Both the position numbers and the translations under genes were made by a program. The notes under the pieces are model-generated. The model worked only from the letters and a program-made list of their open reading frames with translations, did not search any database and was not told the DNA's origin. Positions 12,656 to 26,987 of a stretch of DNA of 64,000 bases are shown piece after piece. The stretch spans positions 2,728,001 to 2,792,000 of the forward strand of contig NC_134031.1 of NCBI RefSeq assembly GCF_964204645.1, read 5' to 3'. Numbering within the stretch: position 1 is the stretch's first letter; the number at the start of each line of letters is the position of its first letter. This DNA comes from Tubulanus polymorphus. Lineage: Eukaryota; Animalia; Nemertea.

Positions 12656-15600
12656 GTAATCGAAGACACTTACATCGACGGTAAGTCGTACGCGATATAC
12701 GACATACGGACAATCGACATTAGGCTCGGAAGAAGCTAGTTCCGTTGCTGCCGTCCCTCTGCCAGCATTCAGCGGATGTCAACGGGATTTGTGAACGTGA
12801 CGTGGCCGTAATCCGTGACTGAATGGAATCCGTTGGAAGTTTCCGATTAATCGGTTATGTTCAGCGACCTGTAGTAATTGATGACCAATGATGGACGATA
12901 CTCGTCTAGAAATCGACTGAGAACCATTCATATAGAAACTTCATGAAGGCGCCTCGAATAAGAACAGCCGTATTATATACAAACGCGTGATGAATATGGA
13001 AATGTAAAGAAAGTGATGGTTATTTTACTCGTTCTCATCTCGCATTGTTATTTCGCTTAGAATTCGGCTCGAGAGTTAAAACATCTTGGAAAAATTTTAT
13101 TTTTTTCTTGACTATGTCACCACAGTTATCATAACCGTAACTAAATAAGGACGCTAAATGTTGCATTGAATGGGGATTTTCGAAGGGATTTAGCTGCAGT
13201 GCATTTGTACATGAATGAAGCGGCATGTTGAGGGTATTATCAACATCTTCAAAAGGATTCATTCAGCTCATCCATCCCATGTTCCATACACCGCCCTACG
13301 ATGTGAATTGTCCATTTCACGATGAAATGAAAGGTTAGAAGTTGACGACGTAATTTTTTCAAATGTAAGGTACGTCGAGATGTCGGCCACGACGATGCTG
13401 ATTAAATGTACGAAACTTCACTTTCAACCGTCTTCCATGCGCGGCATATAAATAGAGATCGCTGCGTCTAATTTTCTCTCGTGAACGATTTACTTCTTAT
13501 CATTCTCCGCGATGATAAGATGACGAGCGATACGCCAGATATTTGTCGTTTCTGGTCGGATTCCACGCACTCGGCGCTGAATTACAATAGACTATCGAAT
13601 TGATGATGAAAGCCGGCTATATTTTTCGTTCGGAAATTGTATCGACCCGAAAACGACTCGCCGCATCACGTATAGGTATCACACAGCACTCGGTGATCAA
13701 TCGTTTTTTTTTGCCCGTTGCTGAGATAAAGCAGACCTTCACACGGCGGAATGGATACCCGCAAACCGACGGTATTCGCTAAATCATGGCATTCACGGTC
13801 CCTGTGGTTCTGTTCTCAGATTTCTGATAAGAAAAAAGGACGCGTGTAGCCTAATAATACATTCGCTTTGAGAATTCCTATCGGTATCGTCTGCCCCGAA
13901 CAATCGAATGATATGAAAGCCCAATAAGTGATTCGCCGATCTTTAGAAATCGTACATTTTTAACATTAACCTTTCACTGCGCATTTGTAGCCTTTTTTAT
14001 TGACCACACGTCACTCTGAAGCCATCCATGTGCTTGCTTATCGCTTCGTCTATATTTTATTGCTGTTGTATTTTTACAGGTAACAATAACGGTGACTTTT
14101 CAGGCTTCCTATGCATTCATATCTATTCATTCATTCTGTCATATTCCTGTAATGCTGAAACGGGCTAGAAAATAATTCAGAAAATCCCGTTAGAATGAAA
14201 AAAAACATATATGTGCCCAAAAATGAGAGAAAGTTTCGCTCGGTCTTGTAATAAAATGCGAGGACGAAACTCCGTAAAGTCAGTGAGGTTTGAGCTCGTG
14301 TTCGTATATGACAAATGAGAGTCGATACACCGCGTGTCATTTCTCTATCGAGATAAACGATTGAACAGTTGAGTTATTGGACCGTATTGACAGCCAGTAC
14401 CATCCCCTGTGACCCAGGCAATCTAAGCCAAGTGCGAAGGATTCAGCGCCAATTGATGCATTAAACAGCTCTAGTAAAGCCAATGACATGCTCGTTATAA
14501 ACGCCGCCTAACGTACGCCATTTTTTCGTCTGTCCGCTTTGAATGAGAAGTCTGTAAAAATAGCGCAGTTTCTAATGAACGATGATATCGTAACGGGCAA
14601 AAATCAAATGAAATCTAACAATCAAATAGATAACAAGATAACAGGGTCAATCCCTATATCAAGATTTCAATATTTAAAAAAGTAGAAACCTTCCGACCTA
14701 AAACTATACACTGAACATGACTAACCGACGTGTCAATGGAAATACGATATTCGACGCCTGATACAACACGGTCGCTGTGGTGACATTTCCAATTAATTAC
14801 CGACGATTCGTCGAAACGTCTGATAATTAGTGTTTATCTTATCCGACAGTAGCGCGAAGTTTGCGATGTCGTCGTTACGTTAGGTGTCAGTCATTGTAAC
14901 GAACGAGCATTTGATTGAAAACGATTTGGAATCGTCGGTAAAACCTCACGATCAATAAGAGGTCGTATTTAAACCTCAACAAACACGCTAATGGCAATGT
15001 TAGTTCAGCTAAGTCCATCACTAAAACAATACGCTAGGACTTATCAGGTTGGAGCCGATCAAATTGACTACCGTATTCTGGTCGATTATAGCTGGATATC
15101 GACATTCAACTTGGGATTTCATCTGAGAGGATGCAAATTTCAACCTGGAAAAGCGATAGCATACGTCAACACACGGTCAATGTCGCCTAAAAAACTGTTA
15201 TCAATAGAATTCCCGGAATGCGACAATATCGTTTGGGAGAGCGACATCTGTGCCTCATGTTTGACCAAAGACGTAATCGGAATCTTTCCCTGTTACGTGG
15301 ACAAAAACGGAAATTGACTTCTTTTGTTTCCTTGTAGCAATGTAAAAAACCAGGGTGAAGGTTTTCGATGTTATAGGCAAAACAACGCGGTTCGGAGATC
15401 AGCTGCGTCTGGATTTCGAGAATAACACATTACACGAATCCAGGGTTTTTTCGTCAAGAAATGTATGATATACAAGACAGGAGACAATGACAGTTACGTA
15501 ACAGTTCGTTCGATGTTAACCGGCGTTTTATGTACCGTGTCAAGATCAGCCGAACGATGTTCATTGCGTCATAAAAAAAACATCAAACGAGCTTCGATTA

Positions 15601-16137
15601 CTGACCGCTAAAGAGGAAAAAGTGACAATCGGCGAAGGTCATAGCGGATGAAATGAATCGGTTTTTCCTTCAATAGTTTAGACGTGATGTGTAAAAATTG
15701 ATCCAATCAATTTCCAACCGCAATTAGCCAAAGCTCGCTAGCGTTTGATCCTTCGATATTTTTCGACCCGGCTCAAAGATCATACATATTAACGCATCGC
15801 GTAGGTCTCATAAATCACCAGCAATTCAGCGTTGCTCTGGTGTTAGATGGCTTCAGTCGTTGACGTTGACGAGGCAATTTTGGACAATTTTCGCGCAGTG
15901 CGGATGTGTGTACTGAGGTTTATTATTGATGAATGGATGATGACGAACTTCATTTGACTTGTAAACGATGCAGGAGTCAATCACGAAACGCGTCTCATGT
16001 TTCATCAAAGAAAAGCTCAATCAATCGCGCCCGGTATTATTTAAAGCGATTCAAATTCACTTTTCAAATGTAGTCTTGAAATTGCTGGATCAGTAAAGTC
16101 CTGGTTACGCATTGTAGTGCTCGCTTCACCGGACATG

Positions 16138-16247
16138 AGGCCAGTTTCACAGTTATCGTCTTAGATCATTAGTCCAAAAGTCAATCTAACTAGGTCGGTC
16201 TAATGATTTAAGGCCACACTTTTGAACTTAATTCTTGCAACTGGGCC
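16138..16247. mobile_element. MITE family A, diverged copy
   Basis: GGCCAGTT...GCAACTGGGCC ends; internal ATCTAAC and GATTTAAGGCCAC shared with the 26861 copy. Confidence 0.65.
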
Positions 16248-17641
16248 CTGGCGTGGCTGGTTCGTAGGCCAAACTATTGTATACTCGCTTATCCGTGTCT
16301 AGGGATTCGATAGCGATTACACTTAACTCCAATTAGTGTAAAATCTAACGTAATCGAAGAATAGTGTCATTCTCTTTAACGACATAATTGTAAATAAACA
16401 AATTACGAGAACAGATCTTACGAGAAATCGTTCGCGTTAAGAAAATCTGTAATGCGAAAAGAATTCACGGAAGACTGCCTTCGTTCTAGGTCTTGATGAC
16501 ATTTCATGAGTCATTTGTTACAGTGTCTGCGCAAAAACTATAACGAAAAAAAAGCTCTATACACGAATTGCAAATGGCGACTTATCCCTTTACCGCAGCT
16601 GCCCGGATTTTAGGCGGCATTAGTTCCTCTTGACACGGCAAAGAATCCGAGCGTGCGAATTGATGAGAAATGATAGACCCATATACCTATATGAATGAAA
16701 GGTTTCTTCCATCTAGCCGACAGAGCAATAATCAAAAACTGGCTGGTGGAAAGATAAAAGGACATCACACTGGCAAACATTATCCCGGCGAAATATCGGG
16801 TGATTGGGCAATCTGGTGGAGCGATCAGAAAGCTTGATTAGAGCCGGAAACCTTTAGCTACAGCCACCGGCAAACTAAGGTTTCTGTTAACGCGTTACAA
16901 ACGATCATTTTGCCTCGTAATCAGTTCTCGTGCATGCCGGTGTTGTCGCAGCCGCCAGACAAAAGTCGATCTAATTACGAGGCTATTTCTTTTGTTATGT
17001 CTGCTTGTAGCCCAGGTAAAAAGTGAGACAACGCGGTTATGATAAACGCGATGATTTTCTATTTTGCTGCTGACGTTGCGGAGATCGTATCGCGTATACG
17101 GCGTTTCGTACGTACGTAGTTATTATTTTACGGGAAATTGTGAATATAATTAAGTTTCGCGATCGAATATTTGCGACCCCGGGCTGAAATTTCCCCCGCG
17201 AATCAGTAACATCGTTTGACTTAATGAAATCAGTTAGTTGGAATCGGTTTCAAATTTGAAATGGCAAAACGCGTTGATTGAACCAGTGCCTATCTTTCCA
17301 TTCGTTAATCACGATGGCCCCAGTTACAGCCGACGGTATGGGTCGTTTCACATGCATACAGTCCGTATATAGAAAACGTCATCCTCGCATGGCAGGGTTT
17401 AGTTGCCTCCCATTGGACCTCACGCAAATACAAACCCTGGCCGCAGTGTCTTCATTTTCCTCTATTCGAGGCATGGAAGGGTGAGAGAACGTACAGGCAA
17501 CCGATGTTCTGTATTTTTTCCAGGATGATTTACGTAGTTAGAACTAAAAGAAAAGAAAGCTTAAGTCTGATTATTTTACAGCCTGATTATGTAAGACAGC
17601 CTGGGATTCGAACCCAAACACATATATATGCGCGATACCAT

Positions 17642-17867
17642 TAGACTGGTTGCCTGCCCAATTTTGCACCACCTGCATGGGTTCGCAGTCAAGGCCCAAT
17701 TCGGTTTTCGTATTTTGTCGACTAGTGGTCGGAACTAATAACCGAACGCGCTTTATTTTCGAACTATTTTCGGAATATAGTTCTGACTAACGGACATTCG
17801 GTTTCGTTTAGTTCGACTATAGTCGGCTACCTAAGGTGGCAAAGGGTAGAGACCGGCAACCAGTCTA
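17642..17867. mobile_element. TAGACTGGTTGCC-ended TIR element containing a nested family B copy (17693-17830)
   Basis: Perfect 13-bp inverted ends TAGACTGGTTGCC/GGCAACCAGTCTA plus inner CCACCT/AGGTGG. Confidence 0.55.
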
Positions 17868-18602
17868 TATAATACCAGATTATCATGTACAAGGATTCGA
17901 ACCCGGACAAGGACAAGTCGCTTTGCTACCGAATCAGGTGCACGCGACTTATAATGCGGAGAGAGCAATACGAGAACCGATTTCAAAGCAGATTGGCATC
18001 GATTTAGGTATTGCCTTCATAGTCTAGAGTAAAAAATCAATAGGGGTTGATTTCATGTACGACGCGCAGACGACTACGGGATTTTACTTTATTTACCAAC
18101 TCGCGTTATATTACATCTCGTTTCTCGATCGTGTAAACATTAATTCCGCAAGCCATCAGTGTTCAACGACCGAAAATAACAACCGAAAAACCAACCGCGC
18201 GTTGTATATTACTTACTAACCGTCGCTTTTTGAGAGTTTTACACGAAGTTCGTCTCTCCTTAAAACATTCGTTCTTGATTAGATAAAATGAACGCAATTA
18301 AAGCTTACAGTTACTTATCGAATGATGAAGATCGCCCGAGGAGTTCATTCGAGTAGGTTTAAACGTACGCCGTATTCGTGAAACTCTTGGTAACTGTTAA
18401 CCCTTTCTCTACGCATATTCCTAACGTACGTCAAACTTTCGGACTCACGAAAAATACAGAAATGAACAATACATGATCTCAAACTTTTATAGTTATTTTC
18501 AAATCTCGACGTATTGCAAGTAGCCAAAATTTATCCCAATCAGTCGCTTTCCGGTTCAGGCTAGGCGTGACATTGTTACATGCACCGGGAGCGAAATCCT
18601 CA

Positions 18603-18948
<346 letters not shown>

Positions 18949-18992
18949 GCATTACTATTGTTATCATTACCATCAATCTTCTTTTTTTCTCT

Positions 18993-19129
18993 AGGGGGCC
19001 TGAACGTCCTAGTGATTGTACAGCCTTTAGGCTCTGTTCAGGTCCCTCATCATCAATCTACTTATTTGTTATACATTTTATTTGTAATTATAATTGATGA
19101 TGAAATAAATTACATTACATTACATTACA
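18993..19129 (+). mobile_element. 3' tail of a non-LTR retroelement (LINE/SINE-like)
   Basis: Stem AGGGGGCCTGAAC/GTTCAGGTCCCT (18993-19047), AATAAA at 19104-19109, then a (TTACA)4 tail. Confidence 0.55.
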
Positions 19130-20110
19130 ATTATGGACTACAATTTAAGAAAAAAAATACATTTGTATATTGTGCCGAAAATACAAGTATTTCTGTAATT
19201 TGATTTCCGAATCAAAATCGAACCGGTTGTTTCGTTCCTGGCAGGTGTGGTGGGTTTGTGAGGGATGAAATCAATTTAAATCAAACTCGATCAATCCGTC
19301 AACTTCACACGAGGGATGATTTTCATTACCAAAAATTGGAAGTGATTTAATCATCGTTGGGGGTCGTGGCCGTTGATCTTCACGATCTTGTTCATCGCTC
19401 AGCTACTCTCCGCCTAGCTTACGAGTTATTACTGAAAAGCAATCCAAACAGACACTCGAGTGTGTCGAGAGAGAGAGCGAGAGAATGAACGGACGATAAT
19501 TTAGTATTCAGATGCCACCGCGGCCGCGACCGTGATTTCTCGAAAACTCTTCTCGTCGTTTCTTCGATATCGATCGAATGGAAACATTCGTCGTCGACGT
19601 GGTATCGGAATGATGGCGACCTTTTCGCACGCGAAAACACATCAACATCGACCTTTTTATCGAGTCCTCGCCGACGGCGATAAGTCGAAAAAGTCGATGT
19701 TATTTTCCCAAACCTGATCGGAAGAGATGTTTGCGGAAAGAAAACAACATTCAGTCAGTATCATTGGCTGATCCACCGTCTGTGAATGAAAATGCCCAAT
19801 AATCATTTTCAATCAGGTTTTCTTTCGAGTAGGTGTTTCCCAAGGCTGTTATTTACAGCGGTAATGACCTCAACGGACCATAAGCGTCATTACTACACAG
19901 TTAATGACGTCATTATTGACTGCTCCGTCGAAAAACCGACTTTTTGTCCATCGTATTTCGTCGTCTCAATTAGATTGACTTTGACCCCTCGAGTAACTGA
20001 GAGTCACTTCTTTAATAGATCCATCTATTTTTCCCTCGTATCTCTGTCTTTCCCTATCATTATCTATACGGGTAATATCATCACCGCGATACCGATCGAC
20101 AGTTAATAAC

Positions 20111-20228
<118 letters not shown>

Positions 20229-22116
20229 AGATACGCGCGGTTTTACGTATACCGGTCGTATCGCCGTTAACGCCGCCCGAGCCACAAAACCAAGAGCCGT
20301 TCGCCTTCATTTTCCGACATAATGAAGCGCGAATAACGTCTAATGAGCCACTTTCGCGTGTTCTGATGAAATCCATTCATAAAAAATCCAACTCGATTTA
20401 CGTCGCTGTTTGTAGCGTGATTATGAATATATAAAAATAGCGGCGGATATCGCGGCGAACTCGGCGCTAATTCACGTTATTAGCTTCATACCGTTTGCGC
20501 GTTTCCGCAAAATTGTAAGCGATATTATTTTGCTTCTACTCAGTCGAGAAAAAAATGCGCAGCTATCCAAACTTCGCGTGCTCGCGCTATTTCGGTAATT
20601 TCTTTTTCGGCAAATCCCCATCGCGCTATAGTTAACTGTATCATATCAACTCGCGTGCTGGGAATTAAGGGGGAATTTATCGGCATGACTTCTGAAACAC
20701 AAGTTCGTAGTAAAATCACAAAAACTCAGACCGCGCGGACATTGATATCCTCAGCACATGCTATGTGGGCGGTTGGAGATAGGACACTTACGTTGACTTC
20801 CCACTCCTGTTTCCCTCTATCTTCATAGTTTCATCGCATCATGTGTCATTGACACCGATATTTTTCTTTTTACTTATGGCCGCACAGTAATGGAATTATT
20901 ACACGGGCAAAAAGCGCCGTATCCATTATTATCTCTGACTTATACCGCCGACAATTTGCATTCGAGATGGCATGACTCCATCTCTCTGTGCGTTGGCAAT
21001 ACTATCTAGACGTGTATCTTTTCTTAAGTTCAATTAGAAATGGATGTTGCGCGTAGGAGGTTTATCAACGTTTCATCGCAATGCCCATCACCGAGACTTC
21101 CTCCTCGACTATTATTGAGATGGCGATGAACTACCGGAATCGCATCAGGAAAAAGGGACTTCTCGGCTAAACCGTAACGCCGAGCTCATTAATCAAATAC
21201 AACTGCTATATATTAAAGTCAACGAACATGTTGACTTACATCGGAAAACATTACACGCATACGACAACGTTCTCCCAACTGAATTAACCACTTCCTTCGT
21301 ATCGGTTTCCCGAACGCGGCCGCCGACAAAAGACTACGAAATTTCTATGACTTCTCGATGAGTTAATAACTCACATCAAATACAGAGATAATTCTACTGC
21401 CATAAGTTTACCAACCGATGACGTCCAGCTCTACACGTATCATCGTGTATTCCTAGTACGGCTGAGAGCTTTCAAACGGGGGTATTAATTTAAAGCGTCT
21501 TGTTCGACTATCGGTGGTCTTCGGTGGTATAATTGAAACTCTTTGTGTCGTATTCATCTCGTAGACAGGGGATCAATGAGCTAGCTGTGCTCTCATTTTT
21601 TCTGCCCGTAAAATGATGGACACTTTACAGACAGTCGGCGTCGTGACGTGTACACAGATAACGAGTAGACCCAGACGGTTCGTAGTTAAAGCAACAGCAC
21701 GCACGCAAACTCGACCTATTCAGGCTCGTCCGTGTCTTCTGTGAGGCTTAATTGAAAAGGATGTGTTCACCGTTAATTGCAATAGGGACGAAGAAGACAA
21801 TACTTCAAAGACAGGACTCGACGTTGACGGCGCAAACACGCGAAGTAGCTTCGATTGGGAACGATTGCGCGTAGGCCCTGCTGTCGAGTGGCTCCGTGTG
21901 CATGCCACGAAGACAAACGCTCACCAGAAAACGATTTCGCAACATTCGAAAACACGGTCGAGTTCGTGATTGGACGGAGTTTCCAAATGACATAAACAAA
22001 TCGAAGACGTAGAGTTGCGGCGAAGATCAAAGACGAAACCACGAATACCTCAGCTCGGTTCATCTCCCGTCATAGTGGAGTTTACTCGAGCGCAGATTAC
22101 GAAGAGTTGATGTAAA

Positions 22117-22564
22117 TATAAAAACTAGAAACTACATCACTGACGGATAATCATCACTGTGAAATCGTGTGGTTTTTCATTGATTCAACAAAATATTTTG
22201 CTTCGATGTTTCTTTTAGTAGTTGCACGGCGGTGGAAAATATTAAGATGGGGAGACTAGAAACTAGAAACTATAAAAACTAGAAACTACATCACTGACGG
22301 ATAATCATCACTGTGAAATCGTGTGGTTTTTCATTGATTCAACAAAATATTTTGCTTCGATGTTTCTTTTAGTAGTTGCACGGCGGTGGAAAATATTAAG
22401 ATGGGGAGACTAGAAACTAGAAACTATAAAAACTAGAAACTACATCACTGACGGATAATCATCACTGTGAAATCGTGTGGTTTTTCATTGATTCAACAAA
22501 ATATTTTGCTTCGATGTTTCTTTTAGTAGTTGCACGGCGGTGGAAAATATTAAGATGGGGAGAC
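22117..22564. repeat. Tandem repeat, 154-bp period, 2.9 identical copies
   Basis: Units start at 22117, 22271 and 22425; a 140-bp core is separated by a 14-bp linker TAGAAACTAGAAAC. Confidence 0.97.
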
Positions 22565-24247
22565 ATCTTCGGGTCTTCCAACAGCACCACCTGGTGGGCT
22601 TCGATTGATAAAAAAACAAACTGTGACTCCTGAAACCACGATTGCAATTATGACTACAAAGTATGAAAAAACGTATCTTATGCGTCTTTATATTGACTTC
22701 GAAATATCATTCAGTATATCAAAAGAAACCTTTCGATTTTCATTTTCAATATGATTATCATTGGCGTCTATAGTTCCCGAATGCAATGTTTCTTAGATCC
22801 GTCAAAAACAACTTTTTAGAAATATATACAATTAGTTCAGATCGCATTTATAGCCCACACACACAGCAGTCGATTTCTGTAGGCATTATTTCTGCAGCAC
22901 GCTCGGTGACCACATTCGCCGTTGTTCTGATATTATATTACATCATCAACTTTCATAAATACCGAATCAATTCCATAAAACAATTCACTGTCACATCTCA
23001 TTCTTCACCGAGCTACTAAACTCGCAACTGCGGGATATACGACGACTTACTCTATTCATAAACCACATCAGAGCCGCCTGTACCTATACATGCACTTTAT
23101 GACGAGCTACGATTTATTACGTGTTTCTTAACGGTTTCTTCTGTGCCCATAGTAAGCTACTTAATGACTACAAAAATCCTCGGAGGTGTATTTTAGCGCG
23201 GCAGTGTTACTGCGTATCAGTCAGCCCGGCTCATTATCGTTTATTTATGTAATAATAGGAAGAATCGCTGAAATGCCGACGGACTGTTTTCTTTATGATG
23301 GTCTACGGGTAGTAAAAAAAGTTATGAAAGGAATCTGATAGGGTATATTGTTATGGCTCAGACAGAAATGACCAGCACAGATCCACGGTAGAAAATACCA
23401 AAGACTGAGCTGAGCATAGTATAACAGACATTCGTGCGCAAGTTACGGAAATTGGGAGAAAATGAAAACAAGAAAAACGACTTTTTTGACATGAATAATA
23501 CGTGTCGTTTTCTCTTCGTTGATAATCGATCATTGTCTGTGACCTTGAAGTATGGACGTTAAGACGGGTCGTTGTGATCTAGATAATGGTCTCAATATCG
23601 ATCCACTTTTATTAAAAACTGTGTTCTCGTCTACAAGTGAAAGTGGACGACTTTGCGGCGGAGGTTTTATAGATGACCCTTATTCCTACGTCAAGGACGG
23701 CTTTATCGTTAAAAGCGTTGGAGAAAAATCGCTATTTTCTAACTGAAGCGAACGTGAAAAACACAAAGCATCGACCGAACTGAAGGACATACCCGCGTGC
23801 TTTACTTATATATATATATTTCATCTCAGCCGAAAAATAGATATATATCGAATATTCATACGGCTCGAAACGAGACGAAAATCGCTGAGATGAAGCTCCA
23901 CGTATAAACTAGGTTAAACGAGTCGCGAGAAGAAGAAAATACCCGGGGGTACCGGGTAACGATCAGACTGCGGAACTCATCACGAATTAGTCTTATATCT
24001 CTCTGCAACAACGGGTTGCAGGCAAAACTCTGTCTACTGATGTCACTAGAGCGTAGAAAATCAAATTGTCCGTCTGTCTGTTTGACTTTTTCATCGCCAT
24101 TCGAAGCTATAAATAGATATTGAATCCTCCGTGAGAATTGGTCATATGGTGTTTATACGTTCGACGACAGCGCCCATTGTGTAGCGTAATTTTGGTTTCC
24201 TATTAATGATGTCATAGGGGGATTTAGGCGGGGATTGCCGTGATCGA

Positions 24248-24463
24248 GTTAGTCGCCGATTTGCGAACTAAGTAAAACCGAATGTCAGTTAGTGAGAACT
24301 ACATTCGCCGAAAATAGTGAACCACGGATTGAGTACGGTCGCTGTAGTTCGGAACTAGTTCCAAGATGGCCGACAAGGTGAAATGCGTTACGACAGAACA
24401 ATAGTGCGTTCGGTTAGTATAATTCCGACCACTAGTCGACTAACTACGAAAACCGAAGTAGCC
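24248..24463. mobile_element. Dispersed repeat/MITE family B, longest copy
   Basis: Shares GCGAACTAAG..AACCGAATGTC..GAACTA, TTCCAAGATGG and TTCCGACCACTAGTCGAC..TACGAAAACCGAA with copies at about 2196-2262, 4265-4381, 17693-17830 and 44974-45240; terminus GGCCCAATTCGGTT. Confidence 0.7.
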
Positions 24464-26860
24464 AGCGATACTTGTACCGACAGACTTGTCTTTGAAGGTT
24501 TTTGTCATGATTCCCACCGCCGATGAATAGAGATATTGAATGCGAATTTTGGAATTGATTTTCGCGCGGTGTGAAATGCGAAACAATCGGATGTGGTATA
24601 TTGTAGCCCTATCCGATTCTGAAGCTTTTATATTTTTATCGGTGTCGGTTTTTCGTAACGTTAGTAATTGAAGTGGGCATAAAAGAACCCAAAGAACGGG
24701 TGGCTGTTTGTGGGAATACGAAACTATTACAAGGATACGATCGTGTTATTTTGTTTTATCGATTGTTGTATGAGAGAGGATATAAATGACGACAATTTCG
24801 ACACGTTCGGAAATGATATAAACAATTATTTTATGCACTTGATTGGATCGTTAAAATAAGGAACGACCCGAAGAGCGGCTTTGTACGTGGTTTCTGAAAC
24901 TAACAGTGAATCTATTATTACTAGTTGATTTAGAGGTTATATAATCATTAGCGGTATTATCTTAAGGCAATAAGTTATGCCATAAAGCTAGGGATAAATC
25001 TGTCATAACCGGAGTTCGTTTACACGCGCGGGGCGCTTATGAATTCGTCTGCTCTTGTGATAATAAAGGGATCGATGAACACTGAAAGGTGATTCGGTAC
25101 GAACGCTCGAAATCTCGTCATAATCTTAGACAAAACGTGATTTTTGGCGACGTTTCTACAAAGGTGGCGTGGTCCAGTCGGAAATGATTCTATTCCATGT
25201 TCGTGATTCTAACAATCGCTCCCAGCGGTATACAGCTCCATAAACATTTTTACCGCGCACTTACTGTGTGAAAAGAAGTTTTGTACCGTTCTTTGTCATG
25301 AAAGAATCATCATTTTTCCTGTCGTCTTTCATTTCAGAGATCCAGTTCCTATAGTAGCTGATTTGGGTCGTAACGTTAAGTTCCTGCAAATCAAGATGCC
25401 AAGACGTTATAGGATGCTAACAGATAAAATAAAAGTTTAATCCCCCTCCCAAAAAAATCCATTGAAACGAAGAGTTTTCCGTTTTTCTTTGGTTCTGGTG
25501 TTCTGGCGCTTTCATCTGCAAATTTGTAAGGAATTTCACGTTCATGTCCCGAATCAGCCACATACGAATCAGCCACCATAAGTTCAATGGTTCTCTTGGG
25601 TGAAAAAAATGCCCGAGGTTTTTATCACATTGAGCGAATTCTATCTGAATTCAGCCAAACTTTACCCCGACATCAACCTGTTTGCCGGGAAGCCGTCTGA
25701 TGACGCATCATCGGTAATCATTTCAGCCGATTTGAACTGGGATATTGAGTTGTACTTTCAGAACCCCCTCGAGGTTAAACAAACGCGAGAAAATTAGTTT
25801 TCATTTCTTATTAAAAGTAATTTACAGCTCGATAGCGCAAACAGAGAATGACTGTTTAACCGAAATAAACGAACCGGTGAAGGTCGTAGCGTCAGACGTC
25901 GGTTCATCTGATTTCAATATCCGGTTTAAGAGTCGGCCTCGAATCGTATATTATCATAAGCAAACGCGGCGGAGAATTGAATCCGAGCTGAAATCATCGA
26001 ATCGTTAAAGAAACGGAGATTCGAAATTAAAACTGGTTTCACGCATTGATAGCTATATACAAACAACCTATGAAATTCAATAAAAATCAGCCAGCGGCAG
26101 AGCGTTGTAGGGATTGTCTGTAACACCGCTCTGAAGGGCTGATCGAGGGCCTAGAATTTTCGTAAAATCTTCGGCGTGAAATTACAGCGCAAATTGATTT
26201 CAGCGCGGTTCACTACTCGAGACAGGAATGTAGCCCGCTATCAATAGTTTACTGGTTATTAGAAGCCCCCAGAGCGCAGTCGATCAACCCACACTTACAC
26301 AACACACGAATCAGCCATGAAATGCACCAATTCGGAGCTTCATAAATTGGATTTAGGAATCCGATTCAAATTTCATAAACAGGAATTGAGTTAGACGACA
26401 AAAAACCGTGACTGTCAGTAATCCGACGTTCGTTCGATGTACCCAGTTTTGAAAAAAATGTGTATAAAGCATCAGCAATAGTCGAATAAAACACTCCGAT
26501 CCGTGTAAACTGTACAGGAATGAAGAAGTACCGCGAAAGGATTCTATATGATCGGGTTTATTAAAACGAAACCACAACATTCCCTTCGGCTGTTGACTAA
26601 CATGTAGGTAAAATAACCAGAAACATAAGTACCGGTAACCATTCCATGCGGTAACATAGCATATAAGTGAGGCCTGTCAGTTTATATGCTATGTTACTTC
26701 AACGTCTCGTGGTTAATTCTATCGTATGGAATTTTTAATTTTGGGACCTCTTCATTTCAATACATATATTTATTTAGATTCTGGAGTCAAAAGGAGCTAA
26801 TTTTTGATTACTCAACATCTAGGGCTAATTCCGAACTCATAGTTGTTGAGCTGGGTCCAG

Positions 26861-26987
26861 GGGCCAGTTGCATAGTCATGACTTAGACTTAAGACCAACT
26901 TAGTTCTATAGCCGATCTAACAAGTTAAGACCAGTCTTAAGATTTAAGACCACTTTTGGACTTAAGTCACGACTGTGCAACTGGGCC
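26861..26987. mobile_element. MITE family A, best copy (127 bp), PIF/Harbinger-like
   Basis: About 25-bp TIRs GG(G/C)CCAGTTGCA(T/C)AGTC(A/G)TGACTTA; 3-bp CAG duplication at 26858-26860 and 26988-26990. Confidence 0.8.

Noticed and set aside
17600-17905. tRNA genes suggested by GGATTCGAACC at about 17604 and 17893 (also 37382, 39746)
   Set aside because: Only a B-box/T-loop-like 11-mer; no cloverleaf or acceptor stem could be built. The last two lie in family D arms.
22117-22564. CRISPR-like array
   Set aside because: Units are identical with no unique spacers, there are no cas genes, and the context is eukaryotic.
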